From positions 2,816,001 to 2,880,000 of the forward strand of contig CBDCGL010000011.1 in assembly GCA_965216755.1 (NCBI GenBank): a DNA stretch of 64,000 bases, given 5' to 3'. Below are positions 33,718 to 44,608 of this stretch, piece by piece. The number at the start of each line of letters is the position of its first letter. The first letter of the stretch is position 1. The translations under genes and the position numbers were made by a program. This DNA is from Alphaproteobacteria bacterium (GTDB lineage: Bacteria; Pseudomonadota; Alphaproteobacteria; UBA7887). The notes beneath the pieces were generated by a model, which was not told where the DNA came from, did no database searches, and saw only the letters and a list, made by a program, of their open reading frames with translations.

Positions 33718-35127
33718 TTACGAAAGAAGGTCGCGAACGTCGGTCAAATGACCGGCCACCGCGGCGGCGGCCGCCATCGCCGGACTTACCAGGTGCGTGC
33801 GACCGCCACGACCCTGCCGGCCCTCGAAATTCCGATTTGACGTCGATGCACAGCGCTGCCCCGGCTCCAGCCGATCGGCGTTCATGGCCAGGCACATCGA
33901 GCAGCCAGGCTCGCGCCATTCGAAACCGGCTTCGACAAAGATCCGATCAAGCCCTTCTTCTTCGGCCTGGTGCTTGATCAAGCCCGAGCCCGGCACCACC
34001 ATGGCGCCGACGCCGTCGGCAACCTTACGGCCCCTAGCGACCGCGGCGGCCTCGCGCAGGTCTTCGATCCGGCTGTTGGTACACGAGCCGATGAACACGC
34101 GATCAACGTCGACTTCGGCCAAGGGCGTACCCGGCTTCAGGGCCATATAATCCAGCGCGCGTTGCATGGCATCGCGGCGTCCCTCATCACTTTCCGCGCC
34201 AGGGTCCGGCACCTGCCCCGTGATCGGCAATACATCCTGCGGGCTGGTGCCCCAGGTCACGTGCGGCACCAGCGCGGCCGCATCAAGCGTCACCTCACGG
34301 TCATAGCCGGCGCCCTGATCAGACGGCAGCGCCCGCCACGCCGTCACCGCCGCTTCCCACGTCGCCCCCTTGGGCGCCATGGGGCGACCCTTCAGAAACG
34401 CGAAAGTCTTTTCGTCGGGCGCGATCAAGCCGGCACGCGCACCGGCCTCGATCGACATATTGCACACTGTCATGCGCCCTTCCATCGACAGGGATTCGAT
34501 CGCCGGTCCGGCATATTCGATGACATGCCCCGTGGCCCCCGCGGTGCCGATCTTGCCGATAATCGACAGGATCACGTCCTTCGCGGTGACCCCGATCGGC
34601 AGACTGCCGCCAACCGCGACGCGCATCGACAGAGGCCGCTTCTGCAGCAGCGTCTGCGTGGCCAAGACATGCTCGACCTCGCTGGTGCCAATGCCAAACG
34701 CCAGGGCGCCGAAGGCGCCGTGGGTCGAGGTGTGGCTGTCGCCGCAAACAATCGTCGTGCCCGGCAAGGTGAACCCCTGTTCCGGGCCGATGACATGAAC
34801 AATGCCCTGGCGGATGTCGGTCACCGGCAAGTAAGGCACATCGAACAGCCGACAGTTTTCCTCCAATGTCTCGACTTGGATGCGGGCCGTCTCATCTTCG
34901 ATGCCCGCGGCCCTATTCAAGGTCGGGATATTGTGGTCGGCGACAGCGAGCGTCGCATCGGGCCGACGAACCGGGCGACCGGCCAGGCGCAGGCCTTCGA
35001 AGGCTTGCGGGCTGGTGACTTCATGGACCAGATGGCGATCGATATACAGGATGCACACACCATCGTCGCGAACATGCACGACGTGGCTGTCCCAAATCTT
35101 GTCGAATAATGTCCGAGGCTCGGCCAT
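33718..35127 (-). CDS. leuC: 3-isopropylmalate dehydratase large subunit
   Basis: [34 protein letters not shown]. Confidence 0.98.
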   Translation of the reverse strand: MAEPRTLFDKIWDSHVVHVRDDGVCILYIDRHLVHEVTSPQAFEGLRLAGRPVRRPDATLAVADHNIPTLNRAAGIEDETARIQVETLEENCRLFDVPYLPVTDIRQGIVHVIGPEQGFTLPGTTIVCGDSHTSTHGAFGALAFGIGTSEVEHVLATQTLLQKRPLSMRVAVGGSLPIGVTAKDVILSIIGKIGTAGATGHVIEYAGPAIESLSMEGRMTVCNMSIEAGARAGLIAPDEKTFAFLKGRPMAPKGATWEAAVTAWRALPSDQGAGYDREVTLDAAALVPHVTWGTSPQDVLPITGQVPDPGAESDEGRRDAMQRALDYMALKPGTPLAEVDVDRVFIGSCTNSRIEDLREAAAVARGRKVADGVGAMVVPGSGLIKHQAEEEGLDRIFVEAGFEWREPGCSMCLAMNADRLEPGQRCASTSNRNFEGRQGRGGRTHLVSPAMAAAAAVAGHLTDVRDLLS

Positions 35128-35255
35128 TACCGTCGTCTCCCTTCGCTACATGGCCTGTCGTCCGCGACCACGTCCCGCGGTGCAGCACCCGGATATCCGA
35201 GGCCGCGATCGACGCCTTGACGCGACACCGCGCGTGCGCCGGTTGGAATCAGTTT

Positions 35256-35648
35256 TTATTTCGATGCGCGGGCAGACTTCGCCCCACGATCCTCACGCTT
35301 TTCACGAATGCGTGCCGCCTTCCCTGTACGGCCCCGCAAATAATAGAGCTTGGCACGCCGCACGACACCACGCCGCACCACCTTGATACTCTCGATCAGC
35401 GGTGAGTAGAGCGGAAATACACGCTCGACACCTTCGCCATAGCTGATCTTGCGCAACGTGAACGTGGAATTGACGCTGCGGTTCGAACGCGCGATGCACA
35501 CCCCCTCGAACGCTTGCAGGCGTTCGCGTGTGCCTTCGACGACGCGCACATTGACCCGCAATGTGTCACCCGGGGCGAAATCCGGCACCGAACGTGCGGC
35601 CGTTAGTTTCTCGATTTGCTCTTTTTCCAGCTGCTCGATGATATTCAT
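35256..35648 (-). CDS. rplS: 50S ribosomal protein L19
   Basis: [23 protein letters not shown]. Confidence 0.97.
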   Translation of the reverse strand: MNIIEQLEKEQIEKLTAARSVPDFAPGDTLRVNVRVVEGTRERLQAFEGVCIARSNRSVNSTFTLRKISYGEGVERVFPLYSPLIESIKVVRRGVVRRAKLYYLRGRTGKAARIREKREDRGAKSARASK

Positions 35649-35676
35649 GACCACAATCCTCGTTCACGCCTGCCCG

Positions 35677-36441
35677 TCACCGGTCATCGCCTTGGCGCCG
35701 CAATCGGCGCGCCCATAAATCCGGTCGTCGCACACGTGTTGTGCGCGCGGCCTGGTCTCGCCGCCATGCGGCGATCTGGCCATGGTGCCCGGACAACAAT
35801 ATGTCCGGCACGGCTTGGCCCTCCCAAACGCGCGGCCGCGTATAGTGCGGATATTCGAGCAAGTCGCCCTCAAAGCTCTCTTGCGCCAATACCGCCGCAT
35901 CACCAACGACACCGGGAAGCAATCGCACACAGGCATCGACAAGCATCAATGCCGCGATCTCTCCACCCGATAAAACCACGTCGGCAACGCTGACTTCCTC
36001 CAAGCCGCGCGCGTCGATCACACGTTGATCGATGCCCTCGAAATGCCCGCATAGGACCATCACGTCGTCGCACGCCGCCAGGTGGCGTATGCGTGCTTGA
36101 TCCAGTGGCGCGCCCCGTGGCGTCAAACATAGCCGGGCCCACTGCCGACCCGCCGTCTTGACATCGGATTCGCCAAAACCTGGCGCGACTGAATCAATAG
36201 CGCGTGCAACGACGTCCGGCCGCAGCACCATACCTGGCCCGCCGCCGAACGGAGCGTCGTCAACAGACCGGTGTTTATCGCGCGCAAAGTCGCGAATGTC
36301 TACTGTTTCCAAGCACCACAATCCGGTTTTGAGGGCCTGACCGGCAAGGCTGAATGCCAGCGGTCCGGGAAACATCTGCGGATACAGCGTCAAAATGTGC
36401 GCGGTCCAGGGCCGACCAACGGTCGCCGCATCATTGCTCAT
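35677..36441 (-). CDS. trmD: tRNA (guanine37-N1)-methyltransferase
   Basis: [35 protein letters not shown]. Confidence 0.96.
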   Translation of the reverse strand: MSNDAATVGRPWTAHILTLYPQMFPGPLAFSLAGQALKTGLWCLETVDIRDFARDKHRSVDDAPFGGGPGMVLRPDVVARAIDSVAPGFGESDVKTAGRQWARLCLTPRGAPLDQARIRHLAACDDVMVLCGHFEGIDQRVIDARGLEEVSVADVVLSGGEIAALMLVDACVRLLPGVVGDAAVLAQESFEGDLLEYPHYTRPRVWEGQAVPDILLSGHHGQIAAWRRDQAARTTRVRRPDLWARRLRRQGDDR

Positions 36442-36958
36442 TGCGCAACCCCGGCGGCGGATCGACCACAATCCGTCCAGCCACAAGATCAACCACCGGA
36501 ACCACCTCGCGGGTGAACGGCACCATAAAATCGGCGCCATCGTCGGCCGCGATTTCGATCAGATCGCCGGCGCCAAAATTATGCAATCCGCCGACTTGCC
36601 CGACCCGGGCGCCGTCGGGCAGGGTCACGGCAAGACCGATCAAGTCGGCGTGGTAGAACTCATTGTCGTCGGTGTTCGGCAATGCCGCACGGTCAACGTA
36701 CAGGCGCTGGCCTTTGAGCGCCGATGCCGCATCGCGACTGTCGATCCCGTCGATCGTGGCAATGACCACCGTATTGCGTACAGTCTTGATGTTGAGTCGG
36801 ACCGGCGTACCACCTTGATCGGTGATGTCGCTCATCTGCGCCAAGCTCTCTGCGCTGTCGGCAAATACCTTCAATCGCAGCGCGCCGCGAACACCATGCG
36901 CCCCAGCAACCACGGCGACGCAAAGCCGTCGCGGCGACACGGCCCCAGGCGCCGTCAA
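36431..36958 (-). CDS. rimM: Ribosome maturation factor RimM (start uncertain)
   Basis: [26 protein letters not shown]; between rpsP and trmD. Confidence 0.92.
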   Translation of the reverse strand: MTAPGAVSPRRLCVAVVAGAHGVRGALRLKVFADSAESLAQMSDITDQGGTPVRLNIKTVRNTVVIATIDGIDSRDAASALKGQRLYVDRAALPNTDDNEFYHADLIGLAVTLPDGARVGQVGGLHNFGAGDLIEIAADDGADFMVPFTREVVPVVDLVAGRIVVDPPPGLRNEQ

Positions 36959-36977
36959 CGGCGTATCGGGTCTGCAG

Positions 36978-37382
36978 CTAGCCTTCGGCGCTGGCGCTTT
37001 CGGCTTCACCGCTATCGCTCGCTTCAGCGGCTTCGGCCTGGGCCGCCGCAGCCGCCTCGCGCTGGGCGTCGAGCCGTGCCTGCGCCTTGGCCTTTGGCTT
37101 GCCCTTGTTTGGATTGTTGCGCGACTTGCGCGTGTACAGATCGGCCTGGTTTAGAAACCGCGCCACCCGGTCAGAAGGCGTCGCGCCATGGTCAAGCCAA
37201 TGTTTCACCCGCTCTGACTTGAGCGTGACGCGATCCGGATTGTCTTTCGGCAACAGCGGGTCATAGGTGCCAAGACGTTCCAGGAATCGACCGTCGCGAG
37301 GACTCCGCTTGTCGGCGACAACAATCCGATAAAATGGCCGTTTCTTGGCACCGGCGCGCGCCAAGCGAATTCTCAAACCCAT
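36978..37382 (-). CDS. rpsP: 30S ribosomal protein S16
   Basis: [26 protein letters not shown]. Confidence 0.97.
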   Translation of the reverse strand: MGLRIRLARAGAKKRPFYRIVVADKRSPRDGRFLERLGTYDPLLPKDNPDRVTLKSERVKHWLDHGATPSDRVARFLNQADLYTRKSRNNPNKGKPKAKAQARLDAQREAAAAAQAEAAEASDSGEAESASAEG

Positions 37383-37452
37383 TCACACTCTCCTCAAACC
37401 CAACTTCGCGCACAAAACTCGCATCACGGCCAGGCTGTCCGTGTCCGGTTTC

Positions 37453-38817
37453 CTAGTGCATCGAGAAACCTGGCGGCACGACCCCCGGCAAGCCGTGGCG
37501 CATCATGCCCTTGCGGCCCAGCTTCTTGGCCCGTTTCATCATTAACGCCATGTCTTTATACTGTTTCAGCAAGCGATTGACATCCTGCACGGTGGTCCCC
37601 GAACCTGCCGCGATACGTCGTTTACGCGAACCATTCAACAGTTTCACATTGCGCCGCTCGGCCCGGGTCATCGAACTGATGATCGCCTGCTGTCGCGCCA
37701 GGGCACGATCGTCGACCTTGGTCGCGGCCAGCTGCTTTTTGACCTTGGCGACCCCCGGCAGCATGCTCATCATGCCCTCCATACCGCCCATCTTGCGCAA
37801 TTGAGCAAGTTGCGAGGCCAAATCGTCCAAATCGAAGCTGCCCTTTTCCACCTTGGCGGCAAGCTTCTCCGCCTCTGCGCGATCGATCGTTTCGGCCGCT
37901 TTTTCGACCAGTGAGACAACATCGCCCATACCCAATATGCGCGAAGCGATACGTTCGGGATGGAAATCCTCCAACGCGTCGATTTTTTCGCCGGTGCCGA
38001 TCAACTTGATCGGACGCTGCGTCACCGCACGCATGCTGAGCGCCGCACCGCCGCGGCCGTCCCCGTCCATGCGCGACAACACGATACCGGTGACACCGAT
38101 CCGTTCGTCGAAGGTCTTGGCGATATTGACCGCGTCTTGACCGGTTAGGGCATCGGCAACCAACAGTGTTTCAGCCGGATGGGCGACGTCGCGCACGGCG
38201 ACAAGCTCCGCCATCAGTGCTTCGTCAACATGAAGCCGGCCGGCGGTGTCCAACAAAACCACGTCGTAGCCGGCCAACCGCCCTGCCTGCATCGCCCGTT
38301 CGGCGATCGCCAAAGGTTGCTCGCCGGCGACCACGGGCAAGGTGTCGATATCGGCCTGCTCGCCAAGTACAGCCAGCTGTTCCTGCGCGGCCGGCCGCCT
38401 GACGTCGAGCGATGCCATCAGTACTTTCTTCTTGTCGCGGCGGACCAGCCGGGCCGCGATCTTGGCGGTGGTCGTCGTTTTGCCCGACCCCTGCAGCCCG
38501 ACCATCATCACCGCGACCGGTGGCGCGGCCGCAAGATCCAGCCCGGTGCCTTCACCACCCAACATGTCGACCAAGTGATCGTTGACGACCTTGATCACCA
38601 TTTGCGCCGGCGTCACGCTGCGCAGCACTTCGGTGCCCAAGGCGCGCTCTTTGACACCGCCGACAAAGGTCTTGACCACGGGCAAGGCGACATCGGCTTC
38701 CAGCAAGGCCACGCGTACTTCGCGCAGGGCACTATTGACGTCGGCTTCGCTGAGCGCGCCACGCTTCTTTAGGCGATCGAAAATGTCGCCGAGGCGACCC
38801 GAAAGGGACTCGAACAT
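37453..38817 (-). CDS. ffh: Signal recognition particle protein
   Basis: MFESL start, GLQGSGKTTT, DTAGR, M domain with SRKRRIAAGSG. Confidence 0.98.
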   Translation of the reverse strand: MFESLSGRLGDIFDRLKKRGALSEADVNSALREVRVALLEADVALPVVKTFVGGVKERALGTEVLRSVTPAQMVIKVVNDHLVDMLGGEGTGLDLAAAPPVAVMMVGLQGSGKTTTTAKIAARLVRRDKKKVLMASLDVRRPAAQEQLAVLGEQADIDTLPVVAGEQPLAIAERAMQAGRLAGYDVVLLDTAGRLHVDEALMAELVAVRDVAHPAETLLVADALTGQDAVNIAKTFDERIGVTGIVLSRMDGDGRGGAALSMRAVTQRPIKLIGTGEKIDALEDFHPERIASRILGMGDVVSLVEKAAETIDRAEAEKLAAKVEKGSFDLDDLASQLAQLRKMGGMEGMMSMLPGVAKVKKQLAATKVDDRALARQQAIISSMTRAERRNVKLLNGSRKRRIAAGSGTTVQDVNRLLKQYKDMALMMKRAKKLGRKGMMRHGLPGVVPPGFSMH

Positions 38818-38910
38818 GCGTTTCCGCCAAGTGAAGGTCGATAGCCCAAGCACGGCACGCACGGGCTCTCGCGGCATCAAGCCAACGCGCACGGCTTTGG
38901 GAAGGTGGGC

Positions 38911-38940
38911 ACATAGCGCCAATAGCCGGCCAAAGTCAAG
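38911..38940 (-). promoter_or_regulatory. Candidate sigma70 promoter of ffh
   Basis: CTTGAC-N18-CTATGT on the minus strand, close to the alphaproteobacterial consensus CTTGAC-N17-CTATAT. Confidence 0.4.
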
Positions 38941-39008
38941 GTCGCGGCGGCCGTCGCGATGCCTGATTTCGTTGGACGCAACAGCCGGCACGACCATATA
39001 ACCCGAAT

Positions 39009-39857
39009 ATGAGGCACGCCCCGACCATAACGGTGCCGTTCACGAAGATGCACGGCCTCGGCAATGATTTCGTGATCTTTGACGCGCGCGCAACGCCGAT
39101 GCGCCTGGATGACGGCCAAGCGCGCGGCTTGGCCGACCGGCATACCGGCATCGGTTGCGACCAGATCATCGTGATCGAGCCGGCAGCCACCGACGGCGCC
39201 GACGCCTTTATGCGCATTTACAACGCCGATGGCGGCGAGGTCGAGGCTTGCGGCAATGCGGCACGCTGTGTCGCCGACCTGCTGATGGCGGAAAGCGGCC
39301 GCAGCCAAGTGACTTTGGTCACCAGCAGCGGCACGGTGGTCGGTACGCGCGCCGTCGACGGCCTGGTCGCCATGGATATGGGCGAAGCCCGCTGTGATTG
39401 GGCGGATATTCCACTGGCAGCAGCACAGGACACGGCCCATGTGCAGCTGGCGGTCGATGGCCTCGAAGATCCGGTTGCGGTGAATATCGGCAATCCGCAC
39501 GCGGTGTTTTTCGTCAACGACGCCGACCGCGTGCCGCTGGCGACGGTCGGCCCACGGATCGAACATCACGCGCTTTTTCCGGAGCGCACCAATGTTGAGA
39601 TCGTGGCCGTGGCGGCACGCGATCATCTGCGCATGCGGGTTTGGGAGCGCGGCGTCGGCATTACCAAAGCCTGCGGCACCGGCGCCTGCGCCGCCCTCGT
39701 GGCCGCGCATCGTCGTGGCCTGGCCGAGCGGCGCGCGATCGTGACACTCGACGGCGGTCCGCTCGAGATTTTCTGGCGCGACGACAATCACGTCATCATG
39801 ACCGGACCGGCGGCGACGGCTTTTGTCGGCGCGGTGACCGTGACCCAGCAAGTTTGA
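39009..39857 (+). CDS. dapF: Diaminopimelate epimerase
   Basis: KMHGLGNDF, ACGNAARC, ERGVGITKACGTG. Confidence 0.97.
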   Translation: MRHAPTITVPFTKMHGLGNDFVIFDARATPMRLDDGQARGLADRHTGIGCDQIIVIEPAATDGADAFMRIYNADGGEVEACGNAARCVADLLMAESGRSQVTLVTSSGTVVGTRAVDGLVAMDMGEARCDWADIPLAAAQDTAHVQLAVDGLEDPVAVNIGNPHAVFFVNDADRVPLATVGPRIEHHALFPERTNVEIVAVAARDHLRMRVWERGVGITKACGTGACAALVAAHRRGLAERRAIVTLDGGPLEIFWRDDNHVIMTGPAATAFVGAVTVTQQV

Positions 39858-39860
39858 GCG

Positions 39861-41108
39861 ATGGCCGCGCTTGACGTGATCACCTTCGGCTGTCGGCTCA
39901 ACAGCTATGAGTCGGAGATCATGCGCGATCATGCGCGACACAGGCCATCTCGCGCGCCGACCGTGATCGTCAATACCTGCGCCGTGACCGCGGAGGCCGA
40001 ACGCCAAGCGCGACAAGCCATACGGCGCGCCCGTCGCGCGCGACCTGAAGCCCGCATCGTGGTCACCGGTTGCGCGGCCCAAATCAATCCCGATCGCTTC
40101 GCCGCCATGCCCGAGGTCGACCAAGTGCTCGGCAATCAAGAAAAGTTGGCACCCTTGGCGTTCGCCGAACCCGCGCCGACGCGTGTGCTGGTCAACGACA
40201 TTATGGCCGTCACGGAAACAGCCGCGCATCTTGTGCCGGGCTTCGATGGCCGCGCGCGCGCTTTTGTCCAAGTCCAGAATGGCTGCGACCATCGCTGCAC
40301 ATTTTGTGTGATCCCTTATGGCCGCGGTCCAAGCCGCAGCGTGCCCTTGGGCGCGATTGTCGCGGAGACACGCAAACTGGTCGCTGACGGCTATAAGGAA
40401 ATCGTGCTGACCGGCGTCGACATCACCTCTTACGGGGGTGACTTGCCTGGGAAACCAGGGCTTGGCCAATTGGTGCGGCGGCTGCTGAAGGCGGTGCCAG
40501 ATCTGCCGCAATTGCGGCTCAGCTCTTTAGATCCGGCGGCCATCTCGGCCGACCTGATTGACGCTTTTGCAGCGCAGCCGCGGCTGATGCCACACATTCA
40601 TATGAGCGTTCAATCGGGCGATGATCTGATCCTCAAACGCATGAAGCGGCGTCACAGCCGTGCCGATGTCATCGCGTTGTGCGCGCGCCTACGCGAAGCC
40701 CGACCCGCGATCGTTTTTGGCGCCGATATCATCGCCGGTTTTCCAACCGAGAGCGACGCCATGTTCAGCCAAACGGAAGATTTGCTGGCCCGTTGCGGCT
40801 TCATCCATCTGCATGTCTTCCCCTACTCGCCGCGCCCAGATACAGCGGCCGCGCGCATGCCGCAGGTTGCACGCGCGCTCGCCCGTCGGCGTGCGACATG
40901 CCTGCGCGCGTTCGCTGAAACGGCATTGGCGCGCCATGCCCGGGCCCAGATCGGCCAAACCACGCGTGTCTTGGTGGAGAAGGATCGGCGCGCGCGAACA
41001 CGCGACTACCTGCCCGTGCAGCTTGTCGCCCCCCGGCAGGACGGCAGCTTGGTTGACGCCCATATTGTCGACGCCGTGCCGGACCACCTCATTGCAATCC
41101 CTCTGTAA
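39861..41108 (+). CDS. mtaB: tRNA t6A37 methylthiotransferase (radical SAM)
   Basis: TFGCRLNSYES, NTCAVT, CDHRCTFC; dapF-mtaB-ftsY synteny. Confidence 0.92.
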   Translation: MAALDVITFGCRLNSYESEIMRDHARHRPSRAPTVIVNTCAVTAEAERQARQAIRRARRARPEARIVVTGCAAQINPDRFAAMPEVDQVLGNQEKLAPLAFAEPAPTRVLVNDIMAVTETAAHLVPGFDGRARAFVQVQNGCDHRCTFCVIPYGRGPSRSVPLGAIVAETRKLVADGYKEIVLTGVDITSYGGDLPGKPGLGQLVRRLLKAVPDLPQLRLSSLDPAAISADLIDAFAAQPRLMPHIHMSVQSGDDLILKRMKRRHSRADVIALCARLREARPAIVFGADIIAGFPTESDAMFSQTEDLLARCGFIHLHVFPYSPRPDTAAARMPQVARALARRRATCLRAFAETALARHARAQIGQTTRVLVEKDRRARTRDYLPVQLVAPRQDGSLVDAHIVDAVPDHLIAIPL

Positions 41109-41118
41109 GCGAAATCAC

Positions 41119-42084
41119 GTGAGCGAGACCACCGCACCCCCTGAGAAAACCGGCTGGCTCGGCCGCTTGCGCCGCGGGCTGAGCCGCTCTGCGCAAGCCA
41201 TCACCGGCGGCATCGACAACATCTTCGCCAAACGCCGACTCGACGACGACGCGCTTGAAGCCTTGGAAGAACTTCTGATCACCGCCGATTTGGGCGCGAG
41301 CACCGCCGCGAAATTGACCGACGGCTTGTCAGAGGTAAAATTTGACAAAGATGTTTCGCCTGCCGCCGTTCGTGCGCGCTTGGCCACTGATATTGCCGCC
41401 ATCCTGGAGCCGGTCGCGCAGCCGCTGTCGATTGATCCAGCGCACCGTCCGCACGTGATCTTGGTGGTCGGCGTCAACGGCACCGGCAAGACAACGACCA
41501 TCGGCAAGCTCGCTCATCAATTTCGCAATCAGGGCCGCTCCGTGACGCTCGTCGCCGGCGATACTTTTCGCGCCGCGGCCGTTGAGCAACTGAAAACCTG
41601 GGGCGCGCGTGCCGGCTGCGCGGTTGTTGCCGGTCAACAGGAAGCCGACGCGGCCGGTTTGGCCTATGGCGCCCTAGAGACGGCCCGCGCCGAAGGGACC
41701 GACATCTTATTGATCGACACCGCCGGGCGCCTTCAAAACAAAGCGAACCTGATGGCCGAATTGGAGAAGATCAACCGCGTGTTGGGCAAATTGGACCCCA
41801 ACGCGCCGCACAGTGTTTTGCTGGTGCTCGATTCGACCACCGGCCAGAACGCCCACAGCCAAGTCGAAATATTCCGCAACATGGTCGGCGTGACCGGACT
41901 GGTGGTGACCAAGCTCGACGGATCGGCGCGCGGCGGCGTGGTGGTGGCGCTGGCCGATCGGTTTGGCCTGCCCGTTCATGCGGTCGGCGTTGGCGAAGGC
42001 ATTGACGATTTGCGACCGTTTTCGGCCACGGCGTTTGCCGCCGACTTGGTCGGCTTGGAGACCGCAGACGAGGTGGGCGTCTAG
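41119..42084 (+). CDS. ftsY: SRP receptor FtsY
   Basis: GVNGTGKTTTIGKL, DTFRAAA, DTAGRLQN, TKLDG; GTG start. Confidence 0.96.
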   Translation: MSETTAPPEKTGWLGRLRRGLSRSAQAITGGIDNIFAKRRLDDDALEALEELLITADLGASTAAKLTDGLSEVKFDKDVSPAAVRARLATDIAAILEPVAQPLSIDPAHRPHVILVVGVNGTGKTTTIGKLAHQFRNQGRSVTLVAGDTFRAAAVEQLKTWGARAGCAVVAGQQEADAAGLAYGALETARAEGTDILLIDTAGRLQNKANLMAELEKINRVLGKLDPNAPHSVLLVLDSTTGQNAHSQVEIFRNMVGVTGLVVTKLDGSARGGVVVALADRFGLPVHAVGVGEGIDDLRPFSATAFAADLVGLETADEVGV

Positions 42085-42086
42085 CC

Positions 42087-42635
42087 GTGGCCGCAATCAT
42101 CAAGCTGCTGCTCGAAGTTGGCCCGTTGGTGGTGTTCTTTTTTGCCAATGCGCGCTACGGCATCATGACGGCGACCGCGGCGTTCATGATCGCGACCGCC
42201 ATCGCCGTACCGGCGGCGTGGTTCCTACAGCGTCGCGTGCCGGTGATGCCGCTGGTTTCCGGTGTGTTCGTACTGGGATTTGGCGGCCTGACCCTGGCGC
42301 TTGACGACGAAACGTTCATCAAACTCAAGCCCACCATCGTCAATCTGCTGTTCGCCGCGATCTTGTTCGGCGGCTTGCTGTTTCGCACCCCGTTGCTTAA
42401 ACCATTGTTTGGCCCCGTATTCCAATTGTCCGATGAGGGGTGGCGGACTTTGACCATTCGCTGGGGTTTGTTTTTTGTTGTCTTGGCGGCATTGAACGAG
42501 TTGGTCTGGCGCACCCAGACAACCGAGTTTTGGATCCAATTCAAGCTGTTCGGGATTATCCCGCTGACCTTGCTTTTTTCCATGAGCCAAGTGCCGCTGA
42601 TTAACCGGCATCGCACCGATGAAGACCCGGCTTGA
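42087..42635 (+). CDS. yciB: Inner membrane protein YciB (septation protein A/IspZ)
   Basis: GPLVVFF, TFIKLKPT, ALNELVWR, WIQFKLFG. Confidence 0.92.
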   Translation: MAAIIKLLLEVGPLVVFFFANARYGIMTATAAFMIATAIAVPAAWFLQRRVPVMPLVSGVFVLGFGGLTLALDDETFIKLKPTIVNLLFAAILFGGLLFRTPLLKPLFGPVFQLSDEGWRTLTIRWGLFFVVLAALNELVWRTQTTEFWIQFKLFGIIPLTLLFSMSQVPLINRHRTDEDPA

Positions 42636-43029
42636 CCAGATCGGATTCGGCTGGCCCGTCGGCGCGCGGTTGGCGCAAGCGCTGCTGGCGGCTGTCGCGG
42701 TTATGGGAGCCACCCAAACCCTGGCTGATGAGCCGGCCGAAATCGTCGCTGGCAAGCGGATTTTCTCGGTGCATTGTGCGTCGTGCCATGGTCTCAACGG
42801 CACCGGTGGCGCCGGCCCGAACCTGACCGACGAAGCCAGCATTTTCGGCAATGGCTATTACGATATTTTCGATGTCGTCTTGAACGGCGTCAAAGACAAG
42901 CCGATGGAGTCATGGCGCGATCGGCTGACGGTTGCCGAGATCGAGCAGGTGACCGCCTATATCGTCAGTCTGCACGGGTCGCGGCCGGGCGCCAAACCAG
43001 CGACCAATCCGCTGCGCTATCGCATGTGA
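42619..43029 (+). CDS. Periplasmic monoheme c-type cytochrome (CcoP-domain-like; start uncertain)
   Basis: CASCH heme motif, GPNLTD, distal Met (KPME); signal-like hydrophobic stretch. Confidence 0.82.
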   Translation: MKTRLDQIGFGWPVGARLAQALLAAVAVMGATQTLADEPAEIVAGKRIFSVHCASCHGLNGTGGAGPNLTDEASIFGNGYYDIFDVVLNGVKDKPMESWRDRLTVAEIEQVTAYIVSLHGSRPGAKPATNPLRYRM

Positions 43030-43042
43030 TTACCGCGGTCGG

Positions 43043-43615
43043 CTAAAGACCGCCTTGCGAGAAATTACCGCGCGCCCCGGGCGGATTGCTGTGCGTCGTG
43101 AGATCGCCGGTGGTGCGCGCCTCGCGATCGTGTTCCAACGCCCAGCGCACGGTGGGAAAGGCGAGATCGTCCCACGGCACTTGGTCCCACGTCAGCAAAG
43201 CGACCTCCAAGCTCTCGACGCCCGGCGCCGTGTTTGGCGAGACCAGATCGGCGGCGTAGATGAGCTGCACTTGGCTGATGCGCGGCACACTATAGACCGC
43301 CAACAAATGGTTGATGTCGATTTCGGCGTTGGCTTCTTCGCGAGCCTCGCGCATAGCGGCTTCGGGTGCGGTCTCGCCGAGTTCCATATAGCCGGCGGGG
43401 ATCGTCCAATAGCCGCGCCGTGGCTCGATCGCCCGCCGGCACATCAATATCCGGTCTTGCCATCGGCACACCGAGCCGGCAACCACCAAGGGATTGCGAT
43501 AGTGGACAAAGCCGCATTCGGGGCACACGCGACGCGGCCGATTATCGCCATCGGGCACCATTTCCACGCGCGGACCATGGCCAGGCGGCGTGGGTGGTTT
43601 TTCTGTCGCGGCCAT
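43043..43615 (-). CDS. NUDIX hydrolase with N-terminal zinc ribbon
   Basis: CPECG.VHYRNP; Nudix box GYMELGETAPEAAMREAREE. Confidence 0.92.
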   Translation of the reverse strand: MAATEKPPTPPGHGPRVEMVPDGDNRPRRVCPECGFVHYRNPLVVAGSVCRWQDRILMCRRAIEPRRGYWTIPAGYMELGETAPEAAMREAREEANAEIDINHLLAVYSVPRISQVQLIYAADLVSPNTAPGVESLEVALLTWDQVPWDDLAFPTVRWALEHDREARTTGDLTTHSNPPGARGNFSQGGL

Positions 43616-43622
43616 AGCCCCA

Positions 43623-44495
43623 CTATGGCGCGGAGGGGCGCTCCGGTCCAGCCGCCTCGGCGTTGTCTCGCTCGACGATCGCGGCCGCCATGGGCGGATT
43701 GACGAACGGCATCGCCAGCATATGCCACAACCACTGAAGGCGTGGCTCGCGAATTTCCTTCAAGCCGATGGTCATGCCCAAATGGCCCGCCGCGGGCTGC
43801 GCGCGGTATGTGCCGAACAACCTGTCCCACCAGGGGAAGTTGAAACCGAAATTGCTGTTGGTTTCGGCCACCACGACCGAATGATGAACGCGGTGCATAT
43901 CGGGCGTGACAAGGAACAACCGCAATATTCGATCGACGTTGACCGGAATACGAACATTGCCGTGATTGAACATGGCGGTGGCGTTGAGCACCACTTCGAA
44001 AATCACCACGGCCACGGCGGGTGCGCCGATCACCATGACGGCAGCGATCTTCACCAACATCGACAACACGATCTCAATCGGGTGAAAGCGCGCGCCCGTG
44101 GTCAAGTCAATGTCTTGATCGGCGTGATGCATCATATGCAACCGCCACAAGGCGGGCACCGCGTGGAACATCACATGCTGCAAATAGATCACCATGTCGA
44201 GGGCCAAAACGGCCAGCGGTATCGCAATCCACGCCGGCCAGCCGAGCCAGTGCAGCACACCCCAGCCCTGCTCTTCCGCAACGCGCGCCATACCCACCGC
44301 GGCGATCACGAAGATCAGCCGCACAACGACCGTGTTGAGGACGACGATGGCAATGTTGTTCAGCCAACGCACACCCTTCGACACCGTCAAGGGCCGGCGC
44401 GGGATCACCCATTCGGCGACCGCGACGGCGACGAATATGCCGATGAAAGCGACCAGGCGGATCACCGGTTCGTTGGCGAGAATGAATGTTTCCAT
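43623..44495 (-). CDS. Sterol desaturase/fatty acid hydroxylase family membrane protein
   Basis: His boxes QHVMFH, HMMHH, HRVHH; WDRLFGT. Confidence 0.9.
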   Translation of the reverse strand: METFILANEPVIRLVAFIGIFVAVAVAEWVIPRRPLTVSKGVRWLNNIAIVVLNTVVVRLIFVIAAVGMARVAEEQGWGVLHWLGWPAWIAIPLAVLALDMVIYLQHVMFHAVPALWRLHMMHHADQDIDLTTGARFHPIEIVLSMLVKIAAVMVIGAPAVAVVIFEVVLNATAMFNHGNVRIPVNVDRILRLFLVTPDMHRVHHSVVVAETNSNFGFNFPWWDRLFGTYRAQPAAGHLGMTIGLKEIREPRLQWLWHMLAMPFVNPPMAAAIVERDNAEAAGPERPSAP

Positions 44496-44608
44496 GGCAG
44501 CCGCGATCGTGATGATTGGAGGCGCCTGATATGTAAGCCCTGCGGGCGATAATGAGAAGGTGCGTCACCAGCAATTGATCGAAGACGGCGTTGATCGCGA
44601 GGGGCCAC

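Noticed and set aside
35128-35255. Leucine attenuator upstream of leuC
   Set aside because: No Leu-rich leader peptide or U-tailed terminator is visible
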